Assembly: GCF_000012925.1 (NCBI RefSeq) | Contig: NC_007517.1 | Span: forward strand, 840,001-872,000 | Direction of reading: 5' to 3' | Source of the DNA: Geobacter metallireducens GS-15 | Lineage (GTDB): Bacteria > Desulfobacterota > Desulfuromonadia > Geobacterales > Geobacteraceae | Length of the DNA stretch: 32,000 bases | Part shown: piece by piece, positions 8,663 through 18,076 of the stretch | Position numbering within the stretch: position 1 is the stretch's first letter | Layout: every line of letters starts with the position of its first letter | Position numbers and translations under genes: made by a program | Notes under the pieces: model-generated | Seen by the model: only the letters and a program-made list of their open reading frames with translations | Told to the model about the DNA's origin: nothing | Database searches by the model: none

Positions 8663-8754
8663 GGGTGAGTCCTCCTTGATGCAAGTATGTTCGGCATCAT
8701 CAAGGGTACCGCATTACGGGGCTGATGCAACGGAAGGGAGGTCGGCGGGGAGGG

Positions 8755-9147
8755 TCAGTGGCGGCGGATGATGACCTGGCCGCTGGCGAGTTTCTTCTGG
8801 AGCCAGAGCCCCAAGAACTGCTTGATTATTGTGCGGGTGGCGGGGATGAGGAAAAAGAGGCCGAGAAAGTCGGAGAAGAAGCCGGGGGTGAGGAGCAGGA
8901 TGCCTCCCACAAGGACGACGGCGCCGTCCAGGATGCTGGCGGCCGGAAGCCGCCCTGCGGCCAGCTCGCTCTGGATGGTGCGGAGGATGGCGAATCCCTG
9001 GTGCCGGACGAGCCACGCCCCGGCAAAGCTGATGAGGAGAAGGAGGGCCACGGTGGGGAGGGCGCCGATGAGTCTCCCGACCCTGATGAGGAGATAGAGT
9101 TCGATGACCGGGACAACGCTGAAGATGAGGAAGAGCCTGAAGAGCAT
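8755..9147 (-). CDS. fxsA: FxsA family membrane protein
   Basis: ORF 8755..9147, 130 aa. It has hydrophobic helices and the family signature region LLLTPGFFSDFLGLFFLIPATR. Confidence 0.88.
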   Translation of the reverse strand: MLFRLFLIFSVVPVIELYLLIRVGRLIGALPTVALLLLISFAGAWLVRHQGFAILRTIQSELAAGRLPAASILDGAVVLVGGILLLTPGFFSDFLGLFFLIPATRTIIKQFLGLWLQKKLASGQVIIRRH

Positions 9148-9170
9148 AGGTGACGGTGACGGTCGCCGAA

Positions 9171-10127
9171 TCAGCCGGAAACGGCGTTCCCCCCCGAGGC
9201 CTTGGCGGCGTCGAGGGCCTCAAGGGCGCCCCTGAGCAGGGTGAGGCTGTCCGAGCCGACGGCGGCTTCGGCAACCCCCACCGATATGGTGAGGGGGGGA
9301 AGCATGCGGCCGTCATGGATGTCGATGACGGTGTTGGTCAGCCGCTGGCGAAGGCGTTCGGCGATCATCCGGGCCGTGGCGACTCCGGTTTCGGGGAGGA
9401 GGATGGCGAAGGTGTCCCCCCCGTAGCGGGCCACCACCTCGGTGGGACGGAGGTAGTTGCGCAGGGCCTTGGACACGGCATGGAGCGCCCGGTCTCCGCC
9501 GATGCGGCCGTGCTCTTCGTTGAAGGCGCGGAAGTGGTCGATGTCGATCATCATGAGGGAGAGGGGTTTACCGCTGGAGGCGGCGCGGCCTGCCTGGCGC
9601 TCCAGGACCCCTTCCAACCAGCGGCGGGTCTGGAAACCGGTAAGGGGGTCGACGATGCTCTGGTCGTGGAGGGCGTATTCGCGCGCCGTTCCGGCAAAGC
9701 TCTCGCGGCTCGGGTCGTGGCGCCGCCGCAGGAGGATGCCGAGGAGGTTGCAGGCGGCGGCGTGGGATGCCTGGGCCAGGGACCAGATGAGGTCCTCCTC
9801 CATGACGAGGACGCGGCAGGGCTCGGCAGCCACCAGCAGGCACGGGACGCCCGGTTCTCCCGCGGAGAACGTCTCGCCGATGATATCCCCCGGTTCCAGA
9901 AAGAGGGGATCATTGGTCTCCCGAACGTCATAGTGGAGGGCAAGGCGCCCCGACAGGAGCACCGAGAGACTGCGGTCGAGGGGGCCGTCAGGTTCGAACC
10001 GCTCGCCCCGGGGGAGTTCCTGGGCCGTGCAGTGGGCCAAGATTCCCTCGATGCACTCCAGGGGGACGAAGCGGAAAAGGGGAACCGTTTCCAGTTCGGC
10101 GGTGCTGAAGAGGGAGTCGTGGGTCAT
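9171..10127 (-). CDS. cNMP-binding-like domain plus GGDEF domain protein with a degenerate active-site motif (GGDTF)
   Basis: ORF 9171..10298. I place the start at MTHDSLFSTAELETVPLFRF (10127), which has GAGGAG upstream. The GGDEF domain runs DPLTGFQTRRW...MMIDIDHFRAFNEEHG...ARYGGDTFAILL...SVGVAE. Confidence 0.85.
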   Translation of the reverse strand: MTHDSLFSTAELETVPLFRFVPLECIEGILAHCTAQELPRGERFEPDGPLDRSLSVLLSGRLALHYDVRETNDPLFLEPGDIIGETFSAGEPGVPCLLVAAEPCRVLVMEEDLIWSLAQASHAAACNLLGILLRRRHDPSRESFAGTAREYALHDQSIVDPLTGFQTRRWLEGVLERQAGRAASSGKPLSLMMIDIDHFRAFNEEHGRIGGDRALHAVSKALRNYLRPTEVVARYGGDTFAILLPETGVATARMIAERLRQRLTNTVIDIHDGRMLPPLTISVGVAEAAVGSDSLTLLRGALEALDAAKASGGNAVSG

Positions 10128-10144
10128 GTCGCTCCTCACGGGGC

Positions 10145-10690
10145 TCAGTAGCCCCTCACTACCACGTCCAGGTGACCGTCGTTGGGGCAGAAGATGAGGC
10201 CGTGGATCGGCACGTCCCGGGGGATGAGAGGGTTCTGGCGGAGAACGGAAACCACCCGCCCGACGTTCTCCTCGGGGCAGGAGAAGGCCCCCATCCACTG
10301 GGCCAGGTCTGGCACCTGGGCTTCGATGATCGCAGGATCCACGCCCCGCGCAATCATCCGCTCTTTCAGGGCCTTGGCATCGACGCTGGCCATGCCGCAG
10401 TCCTGGTGCCCGATTACGAAGATTTCCTCCACGCCGAGCATGAAAATGGCCGCCACGAGGCTCCTCACCACGCCGCCGCTCATGGGGTCGACGATGGTGT
10501 TGCCGGCGTTCTTGATGACCTTAGCATCACCGCGCTTGATTCCCATGGCCGGTTCCAGAAAGTCCACGAGCCGGGTATCCATGCAGGTGAAGATGGCGAA
10601 CTGCTTCCTCGGGTTCTTGGGAAGGGGAGGGAATACCCCGGGGCGGACGAACTCCCTGTTGGCGTCGAGGATCGTGTCGAGAAGGGTCAT
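10145..10690 (-). CDS. Beta-class carbonic anhydrase
   Basis: ORF 10145..10759. I place the start at MTLLDTILDANREF (10690), which has GAGGTG upstream. The Zn-ligand motifs are CMDTR and GHQDCG. Confidence 0.88.
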   Translation of the reverse strand: MTLLDTILDANREFVRPGVFPPLPKNPRKQFAIFTCMDTRLVDFLEPAMGIKRGDAKVIKNAGNTIVDPMSGGVVRSLVAAIFMLGVEEIFVIGHQDCGMASVDAKALKERMIARGVDPAIIEAQVPDLAQWMGAFSCPEENVGRVVSVLRQNPLIPRDVPIHGLIFCPNDGHLDVVVRGY

Positions 10691-10728
10691 CGGGCACCTC
10701 GCGTTTTCGCATGGTTTGAGCGTGCATC

Positions 10729-10759
10729 TATATAACCCGGCCGTGGTGCGACCTGTCAA
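10729..10759 (-). promoter_or_regulatory. Candidate sigma70 promoter for the carbonic anhydrase operon
   Basis: The minus strand reads TTGACA (10759-10754), an 18-19 nt spacer, then TTATAT/TATATA (10735-10729). It sits about 40 nt upstream of the ATG at 10690. Confidence 0.35.
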
Positions 10760-10794
10760 CCGTTTTCATGACGAGCTTCGCGCATTTGCATCCG

Positions 10795-10822
10795 TTGACA
10801 AGCGGTAATGCCGGTCTATAGT
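10795..10822 (+). promoter_or_regulatory. Candidate sigma70 promoter for the OmpA-like gene
   Basis: TTGACA (10795-10800), a 16-nt spacer, then TATAGT (10817-10822). It sits about 50 nt upstream of AGGAGG (10861-10866) and the ATG at 10874. Confidence 0.5.
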
Positions 10823-10873
10823 TTTTCCGAGATTGACTTGAGGCTGCCTTACACAGAACAAGGAGGTTCCGCG

Positions 10874-12247
10874 ATGAAGAGACTATTGGCTGCAGGATGC
10901 GCACTTTTCGCCCTTGCCTTTGCCACGACGGCGATGGCGGAGGTGAAGCCGGGTTCATTTGCCATCACTCCCTACGTGGGAGGATACACCTTCGATGGCG
11001 AGCAGCACATCAAGACGGGCCCCACCTTCGGTATCCGTGGTGGGTACAATTTTACGAAAAACTGTGGGCTTGAAGGGGTCTTCGGCTATACCCCCACCGA
11101 GCAGACAAAGCGCGAGTCCGATGTTGATGCCATCACCTACCGTCTTGAGGGGCTCTATCACTTCATGCCGGAAAAGGATCTGGTGCCGTTTCTGGCCGTT
11201 GGCGGCGGCGGAATCACCATCGACAGTGAGGGCGCCGGGGTGAAGAGCCGTACCGACGGCATCGTCACGGCCGGTGGTGGCCTCAAGTATTTCATCAACG
11301 AGGCGCTTGCGGTGCGGACCGATGGCCGCTACATCCTCGACCTGAGCCGGACGCTCAGCAACTGGGAATACACCGTCGGCCTCAGTTTCCTGTTTGGCGG
11401 CGAGAAGAAGGCTGTCGCTCCCGTAGCCCCCGCGGCTGCTCCTGCTGAAGCGACCCCGGCACCCGAGGCCCCTCCCGCAGTCATGGCTGCCGAGCCGCGC
11501 CCTGGCCTCATGAAGTACTGCACCGATCTCAAGATCGAGTTCGACATCGACAAGGCCGACATCCGGCCCCAGTACAAGGACGAGGTGAAGCGTGTCGCCG
11601 ACTACATGAAGCAGTATCCGAACACCACGGCGGTCATCGAAGGGTATACCGACGACGTGGGGAGCGACGACTACAACATGAAGCTCTCCCAGCGGCGGGC
11701 CGAAGCCGTTGTGAATTCCCTCGTGGATGATTTCGGGATTGACCGCTCACGCCTCTCCGCCAAGGGGTATGGGAAGACCCAGCCCCTTACCTCCAACGCC
11801 ACCGAGGCGGGAAAACAGAAGAACCGCAGGATCCAGGCGGTCATCGACTGCACCCTGGAGGATCCCAAGGTTATCGCCAAGCTTCCGGACCGGCTCTGTG
11901 TGAGCCTCAATATCCAGTTCGACACCGACAAGTACACCATCAAGCCCCAGTACCATGACGAAATAGCCAAGGTGGGCGAGTTCATGAAGCAAAATCCCAC
12001 GACAACCGCAGTTATCGAAGGGCACACCGACCGCGTGGGGAGCTACGACTACAACATGAAGCTCTCCCTGCGCCGCGCCGAGAGTGTCGTGACCTATCTG
12101 GCCGACAAGTTCGGCATCGAGAGATCCCGCCTCTCCGCCAAGGGGTACGGCTATACCCGCCCCATCGGCTACAACTCCGACCCGAAGGGACGCGCCATGA
12201 ACCGGCGGATCAACGCCATCATCGACTGCGTGTTGCAGCAGAAGTAA
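10874..12247 (+). CDS. Outer-membrane protein: N-terminal beta-barrel, Pro/Ala linker and two tandem OmpA C-terminal (peptidoglycan-binding) domains
   Basis: ORF 10808..12247. I place the start at MKRLLAAGCALFALAFATTAMA (signal peptide) at 10874, after AGGAGG. The barrel-like segment has alternating aromatic residues, followed by the linker APVAPAAAPAEATPAPEAPPA. There are two OmpA_C units with TDxxGSxxYNxxLSxRRA. Confidence 0.9.
   Translation: MKRLLAAGCALFALAFATTAMAEVKPGSFAITPYVGGYTFDGEQHIKTGPTFGIRGGYNFTKNCGLEGVFGYTPTEQTKRESDVDAITYRLEGLYHFMPEKDLVPFLAVGGGGITIDSEGAGVKSRTDGIVTAGGGLKYFINEALAVRTDGRYILDLSRTLSNWEYTVGLSFLFGGEKKAVAPVAPAAAPAEATPAPEAPPAVMAAEPRPGLMKYCTDLKIEFDIDKADIRPQYKDEVKRVADYMKQYPNTTAVIEGYTDDVGSDDYNMKLSQRRAEAVVNSLVDDFGIDRSRLSAKGYGKTQPLTSNATEAGKQKNRRIQAVIDCTLEDPKVIAKLPDRLCVSLNIQFDTDKYTIKPQYHDEIAKVGEFMKQNPTTTAVIEGHTDRVGSYDYNMKLSLRRAESVVTYLADKFGIERSRLSAKGYGYTRPIGYNSDPKGRAMNRRINAIIDCVLQQK
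11519..12229 (+). repeat. Internal tandem duplication encoding two 111-aa OmpA_C domains (11519-11851 and 11897-12229)
   Basis: I aligned the two units by hand and found 70/111 identical residues. Both units start and end with Cys. Confidence 0.8.
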
Positions 12248-12271
12248 GAAATAAACTCTCTTCTTCAAGAG

Positions 12272-12305
12272 AAAAGGCCGTCTCCCTAGTGGGGGACGGC
12301 CTTTT
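12272..12305. terminator. Bidirectional rho-independent terminator between the convergent OmpA-like and regulator genes
   Basis: AAAAGGCCGTCTCCC tagt GGGGGACGGCCTTTT: a 15-bp stem with one mismatch, flanked by an A-run and a T-run. Confidence 0.7.
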
Positions 12306-12327
12306 CTCTTGGTGGGATACCCAAAGC

Positions 12328-13692
<1,365 letters not shown>

Positions 13693-13725
13693 GGGTGGAT
13701 CCTCTTGTATTGAAAGCAGTGATTC

Positions 13726-13845
13726 AATAACACGGAGAGACGGAGAGCACGGAGAAACCAAGAGAAAAAAACAGAGAGGCTACCAGAAATGATTCTGAAC
13801 GCCGGTTTTTGATTTGCTCCGTGTCCTCCGTTTCTCCGTGTTATT
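13726..13845. repeat. 120-bp inverted-repeat element (29-bp arms, 26/29 complementary) between the kinase and regulator cistrons; MITE/REP-like
   Basis: Arm 1 is AATAACACGGAGAGACGGAGAGCACGGAG (13726-13754). The reverse complement of arm 2 (13817-13845) is AATAACACGGAGAAACGGAGGACACGGAG. Each arm is built from ACGGAG(A) sub-repeats, and the 62-nt loop contains a T7 run on the minus strand. Confidence 0.6.
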
Positions 13846-13852
13846 TGGATTA

Positions 13853-16099
13853 TTACGCCGTTACCGGCAGCTCGATGATGAATTTCGTCCCGTGGGGAAG
13901 ATTGTCCCGCACGCGGATGAAGCCGTTGTGGTCGGCGATGATGGTGCTGACGATGGCAAGCCCCAGGCCGGTCCCGGACTTCTTGGTGGAGAAATACGGC
14001 TCGAAGAGGCGGGGCTTGTCCTCGGGGGCGATGCCGTGTCCCGTGTCGGCCACGGTGATCACCGCCATCTTCAGGACGGGATCGAAGCGGCTTTCGATTT
14101 CGATCTCCCCCTCTTCGGCCACGGCCGCCACGGCGTTGTCCAGGAGGTTGATGAAGACCCGCTTGATCTGATCCCGGTCGAGCTGCAGATGGGGGAGCCG
14201 GCGGTCTTCCCGGAAGCCGAACGAGATGGCCCTGTGCCCCTGGCTGAAGAGGGTGAGGGCCTCGCGGATGATCCCGTTCAGGTCGTTGGGGGCCGGGTTG
14301 GCGGCCGGCATCCGGGCAAAGCTGGAGAATTCGTTCACGAGGTTTTTCAGCTCATCCACCGATTTGACGATCATGGCGGTGCATTCGTCAAAGACGGTGT
14401 CTTCGTCGCCGAAGCGGGGGAGATAGCGCTTTCTCAGCCGCTGAGCGGAAAGCTGGATCGGCGTCAGGGGGTTCTTGATCTCGTGGGCGATGCGCCGGGC
14501 CACTTCCCGCCAGGCCGCCATCCGCTGGGCCTTGATGAGCTGGGTCAGGTCGTCGAAGACCACCACCGTTCCCAGGAACTCGCCGCTTTCGTCCCGCAGC
14601 ATGGTCAGGTTGAAGAGGAGTGTCGCCCTGGAGTCGCGGATCGGGACCGTCACCTGACGGCTGATGGTGTCCTGCTTCGCCATCACCATGTCGCGCAGGA
14701 TACCCTTGAGGGTGTCGATCTGCTCGTGCTTGAGAACCTCCCGGAAGTTCTTCCCCACCACGTCGCGGGCGGCGACCTGCAGGAGCTCCTCCGCCGATTT
14801 GTTGATGGTGGTGATCACACCATGACTGTCCACGGAGATGACGCCGGCGGCCACGTTGCGCAGCACGATCTCCATGTTGCGGCGCCGCTCGTCCAGCTCC
14901 TGGTTGCTCCGGACGAGCTCGATGTTGGTCTGGCGCAGGGCCTGCTGGTGGCTCCGCAGGTCCAGGGTCATCTTGTTGAAGGCGGCCACGAGCATCCCGA
15001 ACTCGTCGCTCGAGCGCTGCCCCAGTTGCACGTCCAGGTTTCCCTCGGCCACCTGGCGGGTCGCCTCGGCCAGCTCCTTGATGGGGGTCGTGAGGCTGTT
15101 GGCCAGGTAGATGCCGAACCAGACCGCCAGGAAGACGATCACCATGGTGACAAGGAAGAGGGTCAGGATGTACCCCGAGCGGATGGGGTTCTTGAGGATC
15201 TTGAGCTGGCGGAACTCCTCGTAGGAGCTGGTGATCTCCCGCATCTTCTCCACGAGGGAGTAGGGGACGACGTAGTTCACCACCACCACCCCCACCACCT
15301 CGTCGGCCCGGTAGGTGGAGTAGATGGGCATGATGCCGCGGATCAGGTCGGCTTTCCCCACGGTGTTGACGCGACTCAGTTCCTTGCCGTTGAGCCCCAT
15401 CTTGATGTCCTCGGAGGAGGGGTTCGTGAATTCCCCCTGGGGGACGCCGGGGTTCGACGACCGGACCAGCTCTTCGTTCTGGGAGGAGTAGACCTCCACG
15501 ATGCCGAGGTTGTACTCCTGCTGCTTCCGGCGGACCAGCTCCCGGAGCCGGGGAAGGTTTTCCTCGTTCAGGAGCCGCTCGTCCCGGATGATGGAACTGA
15601 TCTGCCGGCCGTAATAGAGGGCGTTGGCGGCCGAGTTTTTGTAGTAGGTCTGGGCCACCTCCAGGGACTCGGACAGGGAGCTCTCGACCTGGGTGTTGAA
15701 CCAGTTGCGGATACTCATGTTGACGTAGGAGGCCGACACCACGAAGAGGAGCATGGTCGGTACCAGCGACAGTCCCATGAAGGCGATGACGAGCTTGGTC
15801 TGGAGATTGGCGCCAATGGCCTTGCTTCGTCGCTCCATGAGGAGCTTGGCCACATTGCGGAAAACCAGGTAGATGAGGAGAATGATGAGGAGAATGATGA
15901 TGTTGATGATGCCGAAGATGAGGATGTTGCTCCCCATGGGGACTTCGGAGCTGATGCGGGAGAGGTGGATCTCGGCCCGGGTCAGCACGAGGATCAGCAG
16001 GACGGAGATGGCGATGATAATCGCTTCCCGCCGCCGCTTCTTCCGCTCCTGTTCCGGAGGGGAAATGATGGGTGGCTGCTGGTGATGGTTTTCAACCAT
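13853..16099 (-). CDS. Membrane sensor histidine kinase (NtrY-like: TM, extracytoplasmic domain, HAMP, PAS, HisKA, HATPase)
   Basis: ORF 13853..16150. The start is probably MVENHHQQ (16099), though the start at 16150 is also possible. Motifs are the H-box IAHEIKNPLTPI, DTGHGI and GTGLGLAIV. Hydrophobic segments lie near the N-terminus and before the HAMP domain. Confidence 0.88.
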   Translation of the reverse strand: MVENHHQQPPIISPPEQERKKRRREAIIIAISVLLILVLTRAEIHLSRISSEVPMGSNILIFGIINIIILLIILLIYLVFRNVAKLLMERRSKAIGANLQTKLVIAFMGLSLVPTMLLFVVSASYVNMSIRNWFNTQVESSLSESLEVAQTYYKNSAANALYYGRQISSIIRDERLLNEENLPRLRELVRRKQQEYNLGIVEVYSSQNEELVRSSNPGVPQGEFTNPSSEDIKMGLNGKELSRVNTVGKADLIRGIMPIYSTYRADEVVGVVVVNYVVPYSLVEKMREITSSYEEFRQLKILKNPIRSGYILTLFLVTMVIVFLAVWFGIYLANSLTTPIKELAEATRQVAEGNLDVQLGQRSSDEFGMLVAAFNKMTLDLRSHQQALRQTNIELVRSNQELDERRRNMEIVLRNVAAGVISVDSHGVITTINKSAEELLQVAARDVVGKNFREVLKHEQIDTLKGILRDMVMAKQDTISRQVTVPIRDSRATLLFNLTMLRDESGEFLGTVVVFDDLTQLIKAQRMAAWREVARRIAHEIKNPLTPIQLSAQRLRKRYLPRFGDEDTVFDECTAMIVKSVDELKNLVNEFSSFARMPAANPAPNDLNGIIREALTLFSQGHRAISFGFREDRRLPHLQLDRDQIKRVFINLLDNAVAAVAEEGEIEIESRFDPVLKMAVITVADTGHGIAPEDKPRLFEPYFSTKKSGTGLGLAIVSTIIADHNGFIRVRDNLPHGTKFIIELPVTA

Positions 16100-16204
16100 T
16101 GATGGGGAATCCTTGGTGTGGCAAAAATGCAACAGGGTCACTTTATACAAACGGGAGCGTTAATGCAAGGGAGCGATTTGCCGAAGGGCGGTCTCGAAAA
16201 TGAG

Positions 16205-16241
16205 AAAAGAGGCACCGGTGGTTATCTGCGGTGCCTCTTTT
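16205..16241 (-). terminator. Rho-independent terminator of the CheBR-kinase-REC operon
   Basis: The stem AAAAGAGGCACC (16205-16216) / GGTGCCTCTTTT (16230-16241) is followed on the minus strand by TTTTCTCATTTTCGAG. It lies 42 nt after the stop at 16284. Confidence 0.7.
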
Positions 16242-16283
16242 CTCTAGGGGGGCTTGGTAACTCCGGTTTCTGCATGGTGCCGG

Positions 16284-16712
16284 TTAGTTGATCACCGCAG
16301 GCCTGTGACGTTTCAGCATGACCTGGTCAATGAATTTGCCGATAGCCAGGAACAAAAGCTTGGTGTCTACCGGTTTCAGGATATAGTCCGTGATGCCGAT
16401 ATCCTGCAACTGGTCGAAGTAGCACTTTTCGCTATAACCGGACATGACGATGATTTTGGCGTCCGGTTTCAGGCCTCTGATCTCCCCGGCCATCCGGATG
16501 CCGTCCATGTCGGGCATGTTGATATCGGTTATGACGATGTCGAATTCATTGGCCCGGCAGAGTTCCAACCCTGATTCGCCATTATCGGCAAGGATGATGG
16601 CAACCCCCGGGAATTTGTTGGAGATCATGAGCGGAATCAATTCTCTCGCATACCGGTCGTCTTCCACAAAGAGAATGTTGATGGATTTGGCTGGATTGCG
16701 GGCTGGTTCCAT
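16284..16712 (-). CDS. Stand-alone response-regulator receiver (CheY-like, no output domain)
   Basis: ORF 16284..16712. Motifs are ILFVEDD, the phospho-acceptor context DIVITDINMPDMDG, and the conserved Lys in ILKP. The ATG lies 1 nt after the stop of the upstream kinase. Confidence 0.88.
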   Translation of the reverse strand: MEPARNPAKSINILFVEDDRYARELIPLMISNKFPGVAIILADNGESGLELCRANEFDIVITDINMPDMDGIRMAGEIRGLKPDAKIIVMSGYSEKCYFDQLQDIGITDYILKPVDTKLLFLAIGKFIDQVMLKRHRPAVIN

Positions 16713-16713
16713 G

Positions 16714-18018
16714 TCAGACCTCGATCCTGAATTCGGCGCATTCTTTGATGTTGCGAACGGTCAAGTGGCCTCCCATGTTTCGTTCAATGATGTTTTTTGA
16801 CATGAAAAGTCCGATGCCGCTTCCCTTGCCGAGTTTCTTGGTGGTGAAATAGGGATCGAAAACCTTGTCGATAATGTTCTCATCGATCCCGCCGCCGTTG
16901 TCGGTGATCGTGACAACAGCCCTGCCGTTCTCCGGCCGGGAACTCACTTTTATCCATTTATCGGCAACGAGCGCATCCCGTGCGTTTAACAGGAGATTGA
17001 GCAGCGCCTGGCTGAATTCATTGGGGAATCCCGCCACCTGCGAATCCTGGACAAAATCGGACTGGATTGAAATGCCTTGCTGCGTGAAGAGTTCGCCAAC
17101 GAGTTCCAGTGTTTTTTTGATGACCTGGTTTATCCTGAACGGGATCTTTTCCCGGTCCGGTTCGGAAAAGGCCCGGAAATCATCGATGGTTTGGGACAGG
17201 TGTTTGAGGATTTCCATCGCCTTCGCAACGTTAACGCTGACCAACTGCTTGTCAAGGCAGTCGGATTCGCTGAACAACCCTAGTTGCTGAATCAATAGCC
17301 CCATGACATTCAACGATTGCCGCCATTGGTGGGCGATATTGGCGAGCATCTCCCCCATGGCGGCCATCCTCCCCTGGTGAACCAGCAGCAGTTCCTTGTT
17401 CCGGAGCTCTTCCACCGCCTGCAGCCGCCCGGTCATTTCCTCCTTTTCCCGGTCAATGGATCGGGCCAGTTCCACGGTCCGTTCCAAAACGCGCTGCTCC
17501 AACTCCTCCCTGGCCCGGAGGAGGTTATCCTCCGCCTGTTTCCTGGGGGTGATATCGATCACCGCCATAAGGCACTCGTCACCAGGGACGACAGTGGTCC
17601 CCTCTATCTGCACGAAGAGCGGCTGTTGCAGCCCCTTCGACATGAGCAGCTCGAACGTGTGCGTGTTATTGCCGGAAAACACCTTGTCCAGCAATTCCTT
17701 GAAGCGCGCGGAATTGATTTTGTCGAGAAAACGGCCAAAATTCTGCCTGATAAGCCGGGAGCGTTCCGTATTCAGCAGGGTCGCCCCGGCCAGGTTGGCG
17801 GAGAGGATCGTTCCGTTGCGGGAGAGGGTGAAATAGCCCACCGGGGCAAAATCATAGAGGAGCGAATAACGGTCCCGGGAACTTCGCAACTCATCCTGTG
17901 ACCGGTGCAGCTCCTCATTCTGCATTTCCAGTTCGATCTGGTGGACCTGCAACTCATGGAGGAGTGTTAAAGCGTCCCCCTCCGTCCTGGGGACAACGCT
18001 TTGAAGGGGAAGCTCCAT
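16714..18018 (-). CDS. Cytoplasmic coiled-coil, PAS, HisKA, HATPase sensor histidine kinase
   Basis: ORF 16714..18117. I prefer the start MELPLQSV at 18018, which has GGAGAG upstream; the start at 18117 would overlap the previous gene by 41 nt. Motifs are the PAS segment YSLLYDFAPVGYFTL, the H-box NIAHQWRQSLN, DNGGGI and GSGIGLFMS. Confidence 0.85.
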   Translation of the reverse strand: MELPLQSVVPRTEGDALTLLHELQVHQIELEMQNEELHRSQDELRSSRDRYSLLYDFAPVGYFTLSRNGTILSANLAGATLLNTERSRLIRQNFGRFLDKINSARFKELLDKVFSGNNTHTFELLMSKGLQQPLFVQIEGTTVVPGDECLMAVIDITPRKQAEDNLLRAREELEQRVLERTVELARSIDREKEEMTGRLQAVEELRNKELLLVHQGRMAAMGEMLANIAHQWRQSLNVMGLLIQQLGLFSESDCLDKQLVSVNVAKAMEILKHLSQTIDDFRAFSEPDREKIPFRINQVIKKTLELVGELFTQQGISIQSDFVQDSQVAGFPNEFSQALLNLLLNARDALVADKWIKVSSRPENGRAVVTITDNGGGIDENIIDKVFDPYFTTKKLGKGSGIGLFMSKNIIERNMGGHLTVRNIKECAEFRIEV

Positions 18019-18076
18019 GAGGCGTCTCTCCGCGCCGCGGCGGAGCGTTACGTCCTGCGGCGCGCCAGGTGGGGCA

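Noticed and set aside
10128-10298. N-terminal extensions of track ORFs, such as the GGDEF ORF starting at 10298
   Set aside because: The extensions overlap upstream genes or lack an SD, while internal ATGs have good SDs and match family N-termini. Other cases are ppsA 7943-7984, carbonic anhydrase 10691-10759, the OmpA-like gene 10808-10873, the regulator 13693-13761, MBL 1877-1915, PEP-CTERM 25328-25387 and mlaE 29756-29884.
13814-16102. A 762-aa ORF on the + strand
   Set aside because: It is the antisense shadow of the NtrY-like kinase gene, which has clear H-, N- and G-box motifs on the minus strand. The + translation has no recognisable features.
16119-16132. A sigma54-like TGGCAAAAATGCAA upstream of the kinase gene
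   Set aside because: The GG-to-GC spacing is 3 nt too short, and the motif is on the + strand, pointing away from any gene.
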